A stretch of DNA of 53,153 bases from Kondoa subrosea (Eukaryota), in contig BCIN01000001.1 of the NCBI GenBank assembly GCA_039545335.1, forward strand, positions 620,001 through 673,153, read 5' to 3'. A program made the position numbers and the translations under genes. This document shows positions 22,146-35,371 of the stretch, piece by piece; the first letter of the stretch is position 1; the number at the start of each line of letters is the position of its first letter. A model generated the notes under the pieces. That model was given only the letters and a program-made list of their open reading frames with translations, ran no database searches and was not told the origin of the DNA.

Positions 22146-24450
22146 ATGGTGAACGCGCCGCTAGAGAGGACAAATGGCCATGCAACAAACGGCACACACG
22201 ACTTGAGGAAGCCTGACGAGTTGGATCCTGGTCTACCACACGATACGCCTTGCTTGTCGTTCTGGCTCGTAAGCGAGACCTTATCACGAGAATTGAAGCA
22301 TTATTGACGTTTGAAAATAGGGCCAAACAAGGGGAAGCAAGCTTCTAGGACTTCGCACTACAGACGAGCTGCCAGAAGAGGTGGATGTAGCTATCAGTGA
22401 GCTCCAGAGTCATGCTTTGGCAGCGCTATGCTGATTTTCGATATTCAAGTTGGTTCTGGCTTGTCGGGTACAGCGACTGCATACTGGTATCTAAAGGCGA
22501 ACCCTGGCAAGTCTGTCGTTCTTCTGGATAGCAGAGAAATTTGTCATGGGTATGTCTCATTTGCATCGCGTTGCTTCGTCAAGCTCACAATCTATTCGAC
22601 GATAGAGCGACTGGTCGCAATGGCGGAGTGAGTAGCTGGTCTCACAGTCCGAGGTCTTTGCTGATAATATTTGAACGCAATGCAGCACTGCAGGCGTGAG
22701 TGTCTTTGACGGCAGTTCAGGCGGATATGTATTGACTGTGTTAATAGCTGATTGCTACAGAGGTTATGCAGGTATGTCATCTTTAAGGCTTTCGCGTATG
22801 CGGAACTTATAAAAGGAACGCATAGGCTACAAGGCAAACCTAGGTAAAGAACAAGCTCTTGCTGTTCACAAGAACGAATGGGACAACTATGTGCTATTGT
22901 GTGTTTCCCCTTGCAAGAGAATTACAGATTGCTGATAATATTCACAGAGAGAAAGTACTCAAAGAAGAAGGTTTAGTTAACAAAGTACGATCTCACTAGA
23001 TTGAAACGCAAGAACTGACGCATTTCCAGGTTGACTACGTCAAATGTCTGACATACGACATCGCAATGGATCCCGGATGCGCCGAAGGATTTAGAGAAGT
23101 CTTAGAGGCATTCAGAGCTGACGGTGGACCAGCCGAATTGGTGCAGGTACTATTTGTAGTGCTCTCAGCGGGACTGATATTGACTCCTCTTGGTGCTACA
23201 GTGGATAGAAGCTGAAGAAGCTCAGAAAGTGACACGGACGCCAGGAGCACATGGAGCGGCTATCTTCCCTGCTTCAAGCTTGTGGCCTTATAAGCTTGTT
23301 TGTGAACTGTTGCAAATTTGTCTCGAGAAAGGTAAGCTTCATAACAGCTTGCCTGTCTTGTAGGTCTCACATGATTTGCAGGTATCAATATTCAGACAAA
23401 TACACCCGTTACCAAAGTCGTATCGAACCAAGAAGGACAAGGAGGCACTCTCGAAACTCCTCGCGGCACCATCAAAGCCAAACAAGTCGTCCACGCTACT
23501 AACGCTTACGCTGGTCATCTGCTCGAAGAGTTTCAAGGCAAAATCACACCCTTCAGAGGTCAATGTTCACAAATTACACCTACCAAGCCTTATTCAGGCA
23601 GCAAGATGCTTACTCATACTTGTAAGGCAAGTCGCCTTTGTAATAATTACCTTGCTGAGTGAGCGTCGTGTGTAGACTCTTTCCGCTGGCGAGACGTGCG
23701 CTTTGACCGGGATCTGATTTGGCCAACTACTTACACTTATGTGAGCAGGTCCGCAATGATTTCGACTATATGATTCAAAGACCAAGAGATGGTTCAATCA
23801 TTATTGGCGGTGGACGATGGAAGACCGATGTAACCAAGCTGTGTGTTTCGGATGCGAAAGCTGATGATCACTGCTAATTGTCAATTCAGCGTCAATCAAA
23901 CGGATGATAGCGTGCTCATACCTGAATTGAGCGAATACTTTAGCTCCTGCATGCCTAAAGAGTACTTTACCAAGGATTGTGAGTCTGCTTGCTGTACCAA
24001 TATCACCTCTTGATTCTTGCGGAAGGGGGAGTCGAAAGGCCGGGTGAAGGCTTGACAAGAACTTGGACCGGAATCATGTAAGGATCTGACATCTTGTCTG
24101 ACTCGATCTGACATGAGGACAGGGGCTACACGCACGAAGCTATTCCATATGTCGGCGAATTAGAGACAAGACCTGGTCAATATATTATCGCTGGTCATTC
24201 AGGTCATGGAGTGAGTCTTCTCGTTTTTCTTCAGTAAGACCTTGCCAATACGAAGTGACAGATGGCTCGCATCATGTCTTGCGCCAAAGCTGTAGCAGAA
24301 ATGCTTTCTGGTGATAGTTTCGAATCCACTGGTTTACCTCAGTGCTTTGCGCCAACTCAAGAACGCATGCAGCGCTATCCGTATACTGTTCAGCAGCAAT
24401 GGATTGATGAAGACAAGAACAAACCTGGTACTCAAGGGCTAGTCCATTGA
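22146..24450 (+). CDS. FAD-dependent oxidoreductase (DAO/PuuB-like family), multi-exon
   Basis: PGLP...SFW, VDVAIIGSGLSG (Rossmann GxGxxG), LDSREICHGATGRNGG, VHATNAY, PFRGQC, IIGGG, WTGIM, AGHSGHGMARI. Confidence 0.9.
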
Positions 24451-24587
24451 GATGGTGGTTGGTAGAAGCTGTATTGATCGCGTCGCAGGGAAGCTATGAT
24501 TTGTACAGAATGCAATGGTATTGATCGAGTTACTATTAGCGAGTCCCGTGTAATTGGGAGTTGGCATTGTTTTCCTTCCTGACTGCG

Positions 24588-27500
24588 ATGTCCAATGCGC
24601 AGGATGAAATTGTTCCCTTCAGTTTGCATACCCTGCTGACACCTGTATTCACTGCATCGAATGCCGTCCGCTCCGTCGGCACTGCTGGATCCTCGAACCT
24701 CTATGTAGCAGCCAATGACGGATCATTCAGAATATTGGATTGCAGCGATTCGGACCCTTTGGAGCTGCACTATTCTGGTCCTTCTGAGCTCGCACCGAAC
24801 AAGAAGAGCATTGACAAGATTGCTGTCCTTGATTCTATCGAGAAACTGCTCGTATTGGCTGAAGGCACTTTGACTTTCCATAATCTGTCTACGCTTGAAG
24901 TAACTTCTGCTGGTCAAGCCGCAGGGAGAGGGCTTGGAAGCAATGCGGTCAAGGGAGTTCTGGCTTTCGCTGTTGACGACTTCAATGCATCAAGTGATCA
25001 TGTTCAGGTAGCTATCTTCAAGCGTAAAGGCGTCGCTTTGTTTCGAGTAACTCGCACGGCTGTGGACATTATTGGAGTTTGTTTTCCTGTCCTGCAAGCG
25101 TGATATTTGTATTGATCAAAGAACAGGAAGTAGCTGTAGCCAATACATTGATTACCGCAACATGCCTGCGCAATGGATTCCTCTGCTACTCCAATATAAC
25201 GCATTACAGTATTCTCGACCTCAATGTTGGCGATCTCATGGAGCTGATTGATATCTCAACCGAAACTCCAATCGTTCGAGCCGATGGCACTTCCGAGCCT
25301 GCAGACCCAGATCAGAGGCCAGCCATCGCAGCACTAGGAAATGCTGAATTCCTATTGGCTAACCACACTGCTCAAACTTCGCTCGGAATGTTCTTCAAGG
25401 CCGATTCTGGTGAACCTGTGCGAGGCACAATATCGTGGGCAAGTAATGTCAAAAGCATTGGTGAGCGTTGTTAACGGTTGATCATACAATCATTTTGATG
25501 TTTTATTTAGCCATCGATCTGGACAATGTTCTAGCACTTCTAAATAACCGCACAATCGAATTTCATCGTATAGTAGATCAAACTTCAATTCTAATTCTTC
25601 ATCTTCCCGACAACCTACCTGATCCTCGATCCCTTCTTTCTGTCTTTCCTCGATCACTTACTGTCCCGTCCTCCAGCTCGCCAATCTTCTCTTGCTGTCT
25701 TCTTCTCGATTTCCCATTATACCGAGAAGGACAGGACGATGCTCGCCCTGGCACACCGCCATCCGAGATGGAAGTAGACATACCTCTCGAAGAACATTCA
25801 ATACCTATGGAATGTCGAGTTCTGCTCATCTCCCGAAATGCCATCACTTCCCTCCAACCAGCCTCTTTGCTAGAGCAAGTTGAACATTACATTCACCTTG
25901 GTCAACTCCGTAAAGCTATCTCAGTCATCTCTTACCTCTCAACGGCATCATACGAAAACCAAAGTTTCATCGCTTACGTAAACCTCAAAGTGGGTTTATC
26001 TTACCTTTTTGAAACCCAATTCCAAGAAGCGGGTGCATGTTTTGCCATCGCTTGCGCAAATGGAAGTGATCCTCGCTTGATCATTCAACTTTGGCCTGAA
26101 TTCCGTCTCAAAGAATGGCAAGTGAATCAAGTAGTCGTGCAAACTTGGGCAGGAGTACAATCTTTATTGAGTAGAGCTTCAAGAGGTGTACCTGAGTTAA
26201 TTATGGCAAATCTATACAAGAATTATTCACCAAGCATTAAACCGGAAATCGACAGCCAAACGCTCAGTACTACTTTACTCCACAATGCGAAAATGATGTT
26301 GAGGAATGTCTTAGCTGGATGGCAAGAAATGCCGGAAAAGACGGAGAGGGAGAATCGATTAGTTCGTCGAGCGGTGGATACAACTTTGGCGAAAATGGCA
26401 GCTAAAGCCGATGCGAAAGAAGATTGCTTGGAACTCGTTCGTCGCGGTACGGTCTCAATGGAAGATTTGATCGATGCGTTAGAGCAAGAGAATAAGTCTG
26501 ATCTGCTAGCGAAAGTGTATGCTAGAGTTGGCAGGCATCGGGATCTCTTGGCACTATGGATCAGGTCTGTTTTGAGCCTTAGTATGTGAAGAAGCTCACT
26601 GAGTCGGTGTTGATTGGCCAGGCTATATGACGCGAAAGATTCTGGAATCTCGATAGAACAAATATCAGCGCTTCTCAGTTCACTGCCAGCCGATGCTGTT
26701 CGGCATGAGCAGACGCTTTGGTTGATGCGACATGACGCGAGTGCTGCTCTAGAGGTATGTCATCGTGTGCGAGCATATAGACTTGCTGAGGCCGCAGCCA
26801 GATCTTCAGCGCGAGCTTGGATACTGCCACCGCAGAAGACTTCGAAAGATTGTACTCTGAAGTGGAACCGATCAGCTCTGGAGCTGCTTTCCGCCTTTTA
26901 CAATACTACACCTATAAAGTTGATCACAAAGTGAGCTTCGGCCTTTTTTTAATTCCTGCTTCGACCTGACATGTAGTAGTCGAGTCCTATATCCGAACGT
27001 CTCTTTGATCAATACATTGAGCAACTACGCTTTCACCTCAAACAAGAAAGCTATCAGAACGCCGTGTCGTCACAAGGTGCGCTCGTCGAATAATTACCGG
27101 GTCATTGATTTGATCCTAGCGCCGATTCAGCTCTCAGCGATGATCGTACAGCAGTTCCAGACCGACTTCTATCTTCTCTGGATACTCCGGATCTTTCAGC
27201 AGTGTCAAATTTGCGGCTGCGCCTCATCATGCTGCTATACTTCGAAAAACTCCTGGATCCGGTGAATGTTCGGAAGGTGCTCGAGAGTATGCCAGAACTA
27301 GTCTTCGAACGAGCGATGCTGTATGGACAGGTATTTGGTTCAGTGATCTTTCTTAGGAACACATGCTGATACTTCTATTTAGATTGGTCTATATCGACAA
27401 GCTCTAGCTACTTTGGTCATCAACGCTAAAGATGTGCACTCGGCAGAGATTGCCTGCCTACAACAAGGTTACCCTATTTCTATTCTCACAGTCCGAAGCA

Positions 27501-28027
27501 TAGCAACTCGCTTGAATCTGCCGACTGACCGGCTTCGCTTGCCTACCGATGACGAACCAGAACCAGCAACAGATGCACCAGCAGAAAGTGATTTAATGCG
27601 TCTCCTCATTGAAGTCCTACTTAACAGCACAGATACATCGTCAGCAGACAAGTCTTCTACTACCCTCTTGCGATTCGTCAATGCTCAAGCAGCCCATCTT
27701 GATATTTTTGAAACTTTGGACCGTCTTCCTTCGTCTGCACCGCTTGCTGAAATTACCCCATTCTTACAACGAGGTCTAAGACGTATACAACATGACCAGC
27801 ATGAAGCAATGATCCTGAAAGCCTTGACAATTGCCAAATTTCAAATGGTTGAAGTTGCTTTATGGGAGAAGCAGAAGGCGATGGGTGATGTTCTAGCTGA
27901 AGAAGATAGGGACATCCGATTGAATGCAGCAGGAGAGGAAGAGAAGCCATTAATAAGCGACAAATATTTGGAGAAATCACATAGATTGACAGATAATGTA
28001 GGGGATGAAGTAATTGAACTACGCTAG
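24588..28027 (+). CDS. CNH-domain vacuolar tethering subunit (Vps39/Vam6 or Vps3/TGFBRAP1-like)
   Basis: N-terminal CNH beta-propeller (LYVAANDG, KSIDKI..L..IEKLLVLAEGTLTFH, GMF...GEPVRGTISW), DPRLIIQLWP, VDTTLAK, and C-terminal LDRLPSSAPLAEITPFLQRGLRR...MILKAL. Confidence 0.85.
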
Positions 28028-29504
28028 CTTCCGTTGTACTAGCTCTCGATACCATAAGGAATTGTGAGCGGCTTCTGTAGGGATGTTGAGGGATTTGCAG
28101 ACCGAGAGCCCTTCAGACAACCAATTCCCATCTTCTGAGTTCAGAATGGTAGACACTAGACCTCTGCCGATGGCTTGCGAAATATCGCCAACATAGGCAA
28201 GTTTGTCTAGAGCACCAATAGCTTTCAATAAATAGCAATCCACGACCGCATCTTGAGGCTGCTCGAAAATGTCCCAAGTTGAGCAAGGTAAAAGATTGTG
28301 TGGTTGTAATTTCTGCGACGTATGATGTCCACATCAATGCCAAATACCGCGACGAGACAAGGCAACTCACAGCCTTCTCCAGCCCATCATCAATTAGAAC
28401 AGTATTGGTCTGATCCCACTTATAGTGCAAAGCTTGCCAAACCTTGTTCAAATCTTTCACCACTTGTACCTTTCGCCCATAATCCGACTGCGAAAGACCA
28501 AGCTTGTTCCTTCCCCAAACAGCCAGCAATTGAGGATGATCCTGTATGACTGATAAAGCTTTCATGGATTTCTCAAATTCGCTATCGTCCGTTTCGACTT
28601 CTTCGACCGCCTTCCGACCAGACTTGCTTGGTGGAACTAAAGCAATACCCTCTAACATAAGTTGAACATTCTCGGGCTGTTTATTCGGAGAAATTCAATC
28701 TCGCAAATGTGAAAATTGGTAGTAAAAAAGCAAACCTTAGCTGAAGACCAAATCATCACTTTCCAAGGTGACTTTTTGTGAAAGAGATAAGACAGAAATG
28801 GGGTAAGGAAAGGTCGAGGTTGAGCGTTAAGAGCTCCTTTCTTATTCCGCCTGAAATTGGCACACTCCATCAATATACGAAGATATACGAAGGTGATTAC
28901 ACACGTTTTCCGACACTATAGCAAAGTAGAGAAGATAAGACAGAGTGTAAAGGTATCCGAAGCAGAAAACGAACAAGAAGGGTCTGAACATTAGAGTAAA
29001 ACATAATACTCAAAGTCTGCATTTGCCTGCTGATAGACAGAGACTAACATTGTTCAGATCTAGAATGACCAGCCTTGGACCCGCAGTACCTCTCAACATC
29101 GGTTTGACTAAAGGTCTGAACAGCGCTTGCCCCAAATACTTTGGATCAGGTTGTTTAGATATCCCACTCGAATTCGCTTCAGGTGACTCCTCGTCAGATT
29201 GGCCAGCAGATTGGCGATCTCGAGCAGCTTTTGTAGATTTATTTTTCTGCTTTGCTTTCTTCTGTTTGTATTCAGGTTTCGGGAACACTCTTTGGGGCGG
29301 TAGCGGTTGTCTGGGAGCAGTGGATGTGGATGCGTCAGTTACGGAAGGTTGGAAAGAAGCAATTGCATTCGGCCCAGAAATAAATAGGGGTTGCTCAATT
29401 TCAAGCAAAACTTGAGGTCGAGAGCGAGGTTTTGAGGAGGGACTCGGTGCTGTAGCTTCTTCAGATGCGATCCCAAAGATTGCTGCTTGTTCTTTGGTTA
29501 GCAT
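28019..29504 (-). CDS. NIF/FCP1-like HAD-superfamily phosphatase-domain protein
   Basis: LVILDLNNTLL, PRPFLTPFLSYLF, VMIWSSA, LLAVWGR..LGL, KDLNKVW, WDQTNTVLIDD..EKA..QPHN, and D.YLLKAIGALD. Confidence 0.85.
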
Positions 29505-29649
29505 TTCGCTTTCATCGCAGTTTGGGAACAGAAGCCAACTTAATTGCGTAAATTCAAGGAAGCGATAAGAAACAGTATAGACGATTTGCAAATCTACGAG
29601 TCTAAAACGACAATCTACTTCTACTCTCTAGATGATGTCTAGTCTTACT

Positions 29650-31375
29650 CTATAATTTATGTTCACGACGTCTATTAGCATCTCTAAGCTTGTCCGACTA
29701 TGAAGCAGTGTCAGCAAACGGTAACAAGTGGCATCAGGCCAAACGTACTTCATGCATTCTATCAGAATTGGCAGGAGCTCCAGGGGTATCAGACTTCTTG
29801 GGCGCAGACTCGTAAGGTCCATGTTGTTCTCGTTTGACTCCCAATTCTGACTCGCACGCTTGAGCAAGTACTCAGCGTATGGTAAACATGTACTTACCGA
29901 TAAGCTTGGCAAAAACTTTGGTGAAATCGTCGAAGAAGAGATCCTTGTCTTCAGCGTATTTCTCAACCCAGGGACGGAAAGCGTCATCGTCGATCAGAGC
30001 CATACTATAATAGTGATGGGAGAATGATGAACAGGCTTCTCGCTGATCTATGTCGTACACTTACTCGGTCGGCTGGAAAATAGGAATCAGCTGGTTCAAT
30101 ATATGAATGAGGTGAATCAACTCACAAGCATCATCAACTCTTCTCCCAAAGACTCATTACTGAACTGTCTAGGACCAGACCACTTCTTCTCCTTCCATTC
30201 TAAGTTCTTGAGCATTCGGTAGTACTGGTTGGAAAATCGAGTAGGGTTTATTACCTAAGCATGATCAGCTTCGTGTAGAAGATGGTAGCAACGATGACAT
30301 ACCCAAGCACCTTCGAATCCACTTCGATCGGAATGACATCGCTGCAAGGTAATGAGAAGAGAACTTTTGGGCAGAAAAGGGAAATTACGCCTAAGTTGTG
30401 CGCGCCAGACAGAGCAACGATTTCTTGGTCGTTGAATCCCATGCGGTAGAAGACATCTGTTTTGTATATCAGCTACAGTACTCGCAAATAACAATGTACT
30501 TACCACGAATGTGATCTGCAGCTTGACTTCCATCAGGTAATCGACCTCTGTCAGTGGATACAATGAAGCCATCAGCCAAGGCCGAAGATCTGTCACCTCA
30601 CTGACCTAGGTGGAATTCTTGAGTCATCAACGAAATCAGTACGGCCGCCTTTCCAGGGGATCTGATGCAGATGTCAACACAAAAACACATTCGACGTCGC
30701 AACAAGCAAACCTTTGGGCCACCCATCTCTTCAATTGCAACTACACCAGCTAGTGTCCATAGATCGGAGTAGGTACACCAAGGATGTTTCTCTTTGATTG
30801 GTTCCAAGAAAACTCGAGCATGTTGTAGACCGGCACTAATCAAGCTGTTAAAGGCAGGATTCATAGTACAAAGGTCATACCTACTTTGCAGGGTCACCAC
30901 CTTCTGCTTCGTAGCGCATACCAGCACCTTCTGATCCACCTGTCGATCACATGTGAAATCAGGTTTTGATTATCTTGCTGATTAGATGAACTGACCATCG
31001 CCTATATCGGCATGATATGTCCCACATGAATGCCAACACAAGCGTACCAGCACACTACAAATCCGATCAGAGCTTTCCAGACATTAGGGGGTTGATGACA
31101 CTGACGGTCCAGCCGAAGAATCACTGTTGAATAGTCAGATCTGCCGCTAGATGCCAGCAACCAACTTACTCGTATTCAGCTGCAGATCACAAGCGTCAGA
31201 TAAGCCAATAGTAGAAGCCATAGAAAGTCAACTAACGCTGATGTAGGATCGCAGCTCTGATGGAGGACTTCAGCTTGCGCAATTGGGCTTCAGCGAATGT
31301 AGCAGCGTACATATCTTTCCTGACAGCATCGTAGTCTCCAGGCTGACTCGCTCCAGTCTGAGGAACGAATTCCAT
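29650..31375 (-). CDS. Class I heme peroxidase (cytochrome c peroxidase-like, no mitochondrial presequence)
   Basis: [133 protein letters not shown]. Ends ...RREHKL*. Confidence 0.92.
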
Positions 31376-31412
31376 TTTTTGGTGAGATGATCACTGTTTG
31401 GAAGCAACAGTC

Positions 31413-32457
31413 ATGTCGGAGGCAACAGCAGCGGAAGGAACAGCCACAACAGTAGCAACCACAGGTCAGCGAAGGATGACTGTGAAAGTCTATCGTCCTG
31501 TCGCCAGCTCATCAACCAGTAATTCATTACAAGCACTTCGAGGTAAAGGCGGTGCGACAGCTGTAAAGACTTTGCTGACACGTGGAATAGATGCACCTCT
31601 ATCTACTGAACCTACTACACATGAGCTAGCCTTGGCCTTCGCCGGACAATCGAAGAACAGGGAGAAACTCGTAGACGGGCCTATGCTGACTTCCAAAGTG
31701 AGCTGTTATCCGCCTATACTACAGCGTATACTGAATACTTGTCTAGCTACGGAATGAGAAAGCTGAACGGGAAGCGGCCTTGAAGAAATCCAAGTATCCG
31801 AATGTTGGTTCTGTTCCTGTTCGTCAGCCTAGGCGAATGCTGACTAAGACTTCAGACCAAGATACGAGTCAAGTTCGCTGACCAGACTCAGTTGGAAGCA
31901 AGCTTCCCTTCGTCAAGTACTTTAGCGCCAGTATATGACCTGTTGCGAACATGTTTGAGGGAGGATATGCGAGATACGCCTTATTTTCTTTGTGCGTTCC
32001 GTCTCGTCATCCGAAATGTTCCATATTGACCGTTAGTCTAGATCAAACACCGCCGCGGAAAGAATACAAACTATCTGATCCGAAATTGAAAGGCGTTTCC
32101 CTTCTTGCTCTACAACTCGCACCTTCTTCTATGATGTACATCAAGTTCGCTGATGAATCATTCAACGGTTCGTCATACCTGCTCATGTCTGATCTTTTGG
32201 ATCTCAGAACAGGGGTTGTTTGAACAGATCCAAACTTACCTCCTCCGCTTCTAGCTGAATTACTAGCTCAACAAGTTGATCTTCCTCCTCCGCCAACATT
32301 TGAGGAAGTCAAAGATGACGGGAAAGGGAAAGTACCGGCTGGATCAGGTAGTACAGCGAGCGATGGGAAGAAGATACCAAAGTGGCTTAAACTGGGTAGT
32401 GAGTGATTTAAAAGGTCTTGATCAGCAGTCAGCTGATGCTTGAATGTAGAGAAGTAA
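31413..32457 (+). CDS. UBX-domain protein (resembles the Ubx4/ASPSCR1-type C-terminal half)
   Basis: TKIRVKFADQTQLEASFPSS, YQTPPRKEY, LLALQLAPSSMMYIKF and C-terminal KKIPKWLKLGKK*. Confidence 0.8.
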
Positions 32458-32871
32458 TAATTAGAGGTTGAAGAGCATTGCATCGCATTCAATATTATGG
32501 CCATTCGTTGGTAGTCAAGGCAATACTGGCGCATTTGGAACTACTCTATGCTACTACATTCTTTTCACCTGGTTGCTGCCTTGTTATCTGGGTTTCATAT
32601 GAGCATTGGCAATTCTTCATCGGTGCTGAATGCATTCTGACGCGATCAAGATGGCTTGCATCAGCAGTGGTTTGCCAGATGAACCGTCTACTTCGCTTGT
32701 CCGTGTGGCAGCAATACTGCGCACTGCTTTCCATCTTCATCGTCTGCTGTCGGGCAGGCTTTGGCCAGAAAAGATCCTTTGTTCCAGATTGTTGTTTCAA
32801 ACTGTTGGACCTTGGTTGTCACCTTTGCCTCTCGTTGTCAGGCTTCTGCCGTACTCAGCTACAGATCAGAC

Positions 32872-33318
32872 ATGCTGACCCGACCTACCTCGACTGCTGT
32901 GCCTCACAACTCCCAGGCTCCATTTGGCCAAGCTCAACCTGCATCATCTGCCAAAGTGGCTTATCCTACAATTCATGCTATACATGCTACTAGTTTACAG
33001 CCCCATCCCACCGAGATAAGCCATTTCGACAAAGCTTATACCACTGCGGTTGTTTCTGACATTGCGAAGATTTGTTCCGAACATAAAGATCTATCAACCC
33101 CAACGCACGCTATCTTTATCACTACAGCAAGCAATGAGGCTGCTCTCTCTACTAAGTTAGCAGATGGTACCCAGATCATTATGCTCGGGGACGAGAAAGG
33201 CTTCCATTGGGAAGTCAAAGTTTATCGCAACGGAAGTATTGAAATCATGGGTCTTAAGCAATTGAATTGGATTGAACACGAGCACGATGGATCCAGCGCC
33301 AATGAACAATCAGCGTGA
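32872..33318 (+). CDS. Hypothetical protein
   Basis: Uninterrupted ~148-aa ORF from the ATG at 32872. No family recognised. Confidence 0.35.
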   Translation: MLTRPTSTAVPHNSQAPFGQAQPASSAKVAYPTIHAIHATSLQPHPTEISHFDKAYTTAVVSDIAKICSEHKDLSTPTHAIFITTASNEAALSTKLADGTQIIMLGDEKGFHWEVKVYRNGSIEIMGLKQLNWIEHEHDGSSANEQSA

Positions 33319-33819
33319 GCCGGGTTGCTGAAAAAGTAAAATAGGTCTTTTGACTCGGCTGTGCAGGGCAATGGCAACACTGATATCTATCTCTGCGGCC
33401 ATCGTCGGAGGATTACAGATAGTCCCTACTCGCTACTGGTATGATTTGGGGCGAGATATGATGCGTCACAACCCAAAATACTGGCCGACCATATGGTTCC
33501 GCAGGGGTTGTAGTTATATGTACGAGGTCGTCTCCAGACGAGTCCTCCCGGCGGAGCATGTGAGTTGTTGCAATGCTTTAGGCGTTCATTGACCTGATTC
33601 CGGTTTGATTCACCAGCTGCAAGGAGCTCGCAATTGAACGTGTAGAGACTCTTCTTCTGCTTGCTTTCATATACTCCAGCTAGACTATGGATACCTCTTT
33701 CCTCTTGCAATGTTCCTCCTGATGACCCTCCCTACTTTGTCTCGGACGTCTGTGCGGGGTAATGCTGACGCGATTTTTGCAGATCTCTTGTTTTATTTCT
33801 TTTCCTCTAACCGTTACCT

Positions 33820-34542
33820 ATGGCTTGGATACTCAACGATATCTCATCTCTTCTACCTTCGAATGCTCCAGAAGTTGGACCTTTCCCTTCTGTTGGCTCA
33901 CAAGCTCCTCAAGATGCATTGAAATTACCAGATTCACCAGTCATTCTGGCATTCCTCCGACATCTGGGTCCGTTCTATTATATTATTCTTATCCTTTTCT
34001 GATTTCCGGAGTAGGCTGTCCATTTTGCGAAAAGACAGTTCGGAATATGATTGACTTAGCCAATTCGAACAAGAACATTCAATTTCGGGCAATAGCTCAT
34101 GCAACATCGCAAGAAATTGAACAATGGAGATCTGAACTCAATCTCACCATACCGGATAACGCTCAAGTCGTTCCTGATCCGGAGAGGAAGATTTATGCTG
34201 CTTATGGAATTGCGGAATTGGGATGGAAAGGTGTTTTCGGAGGCGATGTGATGAGCAAAGTTGGGGAATTAAGGAAAGAGGGGATCAGTGAGCTATCCAA
34301 AAATGGGTTTGAAGTACTCATGCTGATATCTTCTGCAGAGAATGGTTTGACTATCGGGACTAGATGGCAGGTGAGTGAATATACTGCATCACCTTATCAA
34401 GTCACTGATGTAAGCTTTGTAACAATAGAACAGCGGAGCATTTGCGATAGACCGGTCCCAAACGATTAGATGGACTCACCTGGCCAAGAACAGTGCAGAC
34501 GTCTCAAAGTTAGCAGAAGCTGTAGCAACTCTCAAGCAGTGA
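33820..34542 (+). CDS. AhpC/TSA (peroxiredoxin-like PRXL2/AhpC-TSA_2) thioredoxin-fold protein
   Basis: VILAFLRHL-GCPFCEK (CxxC), VVPDPERKIYAAYG, and GTRWQNSGAFAID...IRWTH. Confidence 0.85.
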
Positions 34543-34680
34543 GATTATTGATAGGGTGAGATCCTTGGCAGAGAACGCTACCAGATGTATATATGTCATG
34601 TGCTTGTAGCAAACTTTGCTTTTATTCATTTCAAGTCATTACTTTGTTTTTACAGCGTTCAGCGTAAAGCTCTTCCCTGA

Positions 34681-35371
34681 TCAGTTCTCAATGACTTCAG
34701 CAGAGGGGTCGAAAGGGTTATCGTCCTGGGAGATAAGCTCCTGCTTTGGTCTTTCGCCTCCAGGTTGAGCAGTGACTTCATCAGTGTTTCCGAGCTTGGC
34801 GTCGTCTGCACACTCTCATGAGTACGATAGAAAGAAGACAGATGTAGAACAACACTCACTTGATCCAGGATTCTGGTTGTGAATCTTCTCCCTCAGATCA
34901 TCCTTTCCTTCAGCTCCATTCTCATAGAACTCGCTGCTTTCGCCTTCTTTGCGTTGAGCACCTTCACTTTCAGGAAGATATTGAGCCTGTAATTCGTCAT
35001 TCAGCTTTTTGAGGAACAAGATGTGGGGGGCAGACTTACGTTTTGTCCACCACCAGTTTGACCAGTACGACCAGTAGATACCTGAGGAATACCATCTGAT
35101 GCACATTCAATCAGCTTTCTACTTTATCGAAATCACAATGAATAGTCAGACGCACCTGTAGTAGGGAATTGAGAGAGACGTGAGTCTTCAATGTTGCTTT
35201 CAGCTGCCAAGTCGGATTGACGAGCGTTGCCATCAGCTAATTGAGGATCATTGAGGCTTTGTTCGCTTTCTCTGATGATTTCAGCATCGGATTTCCCTTC
35301 GAGCTGAAGCATTGACAGTCAGCACACTACAGAGAGATGTATACTGAGCACTCTGCTTGACCTACAGACAT
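34681..35371 (-). CDS. Small hydrophilic multi-exon hypothetical protein
   Basis: Exons LEGKSDAEIIRESEQSLN..., GIPQVSTGRTGQTGGG, QYLPESEGAQRKEGESSEFYENGAEGKDD and DAKLGNTDEV...EVIEN*, joined by canonical introns. Confidence 0.5.

Noticed and set aside
28873..28892. 10-bp tandem repeat atatacgaag x2
   Set aside because: Trivial intronic slippage.
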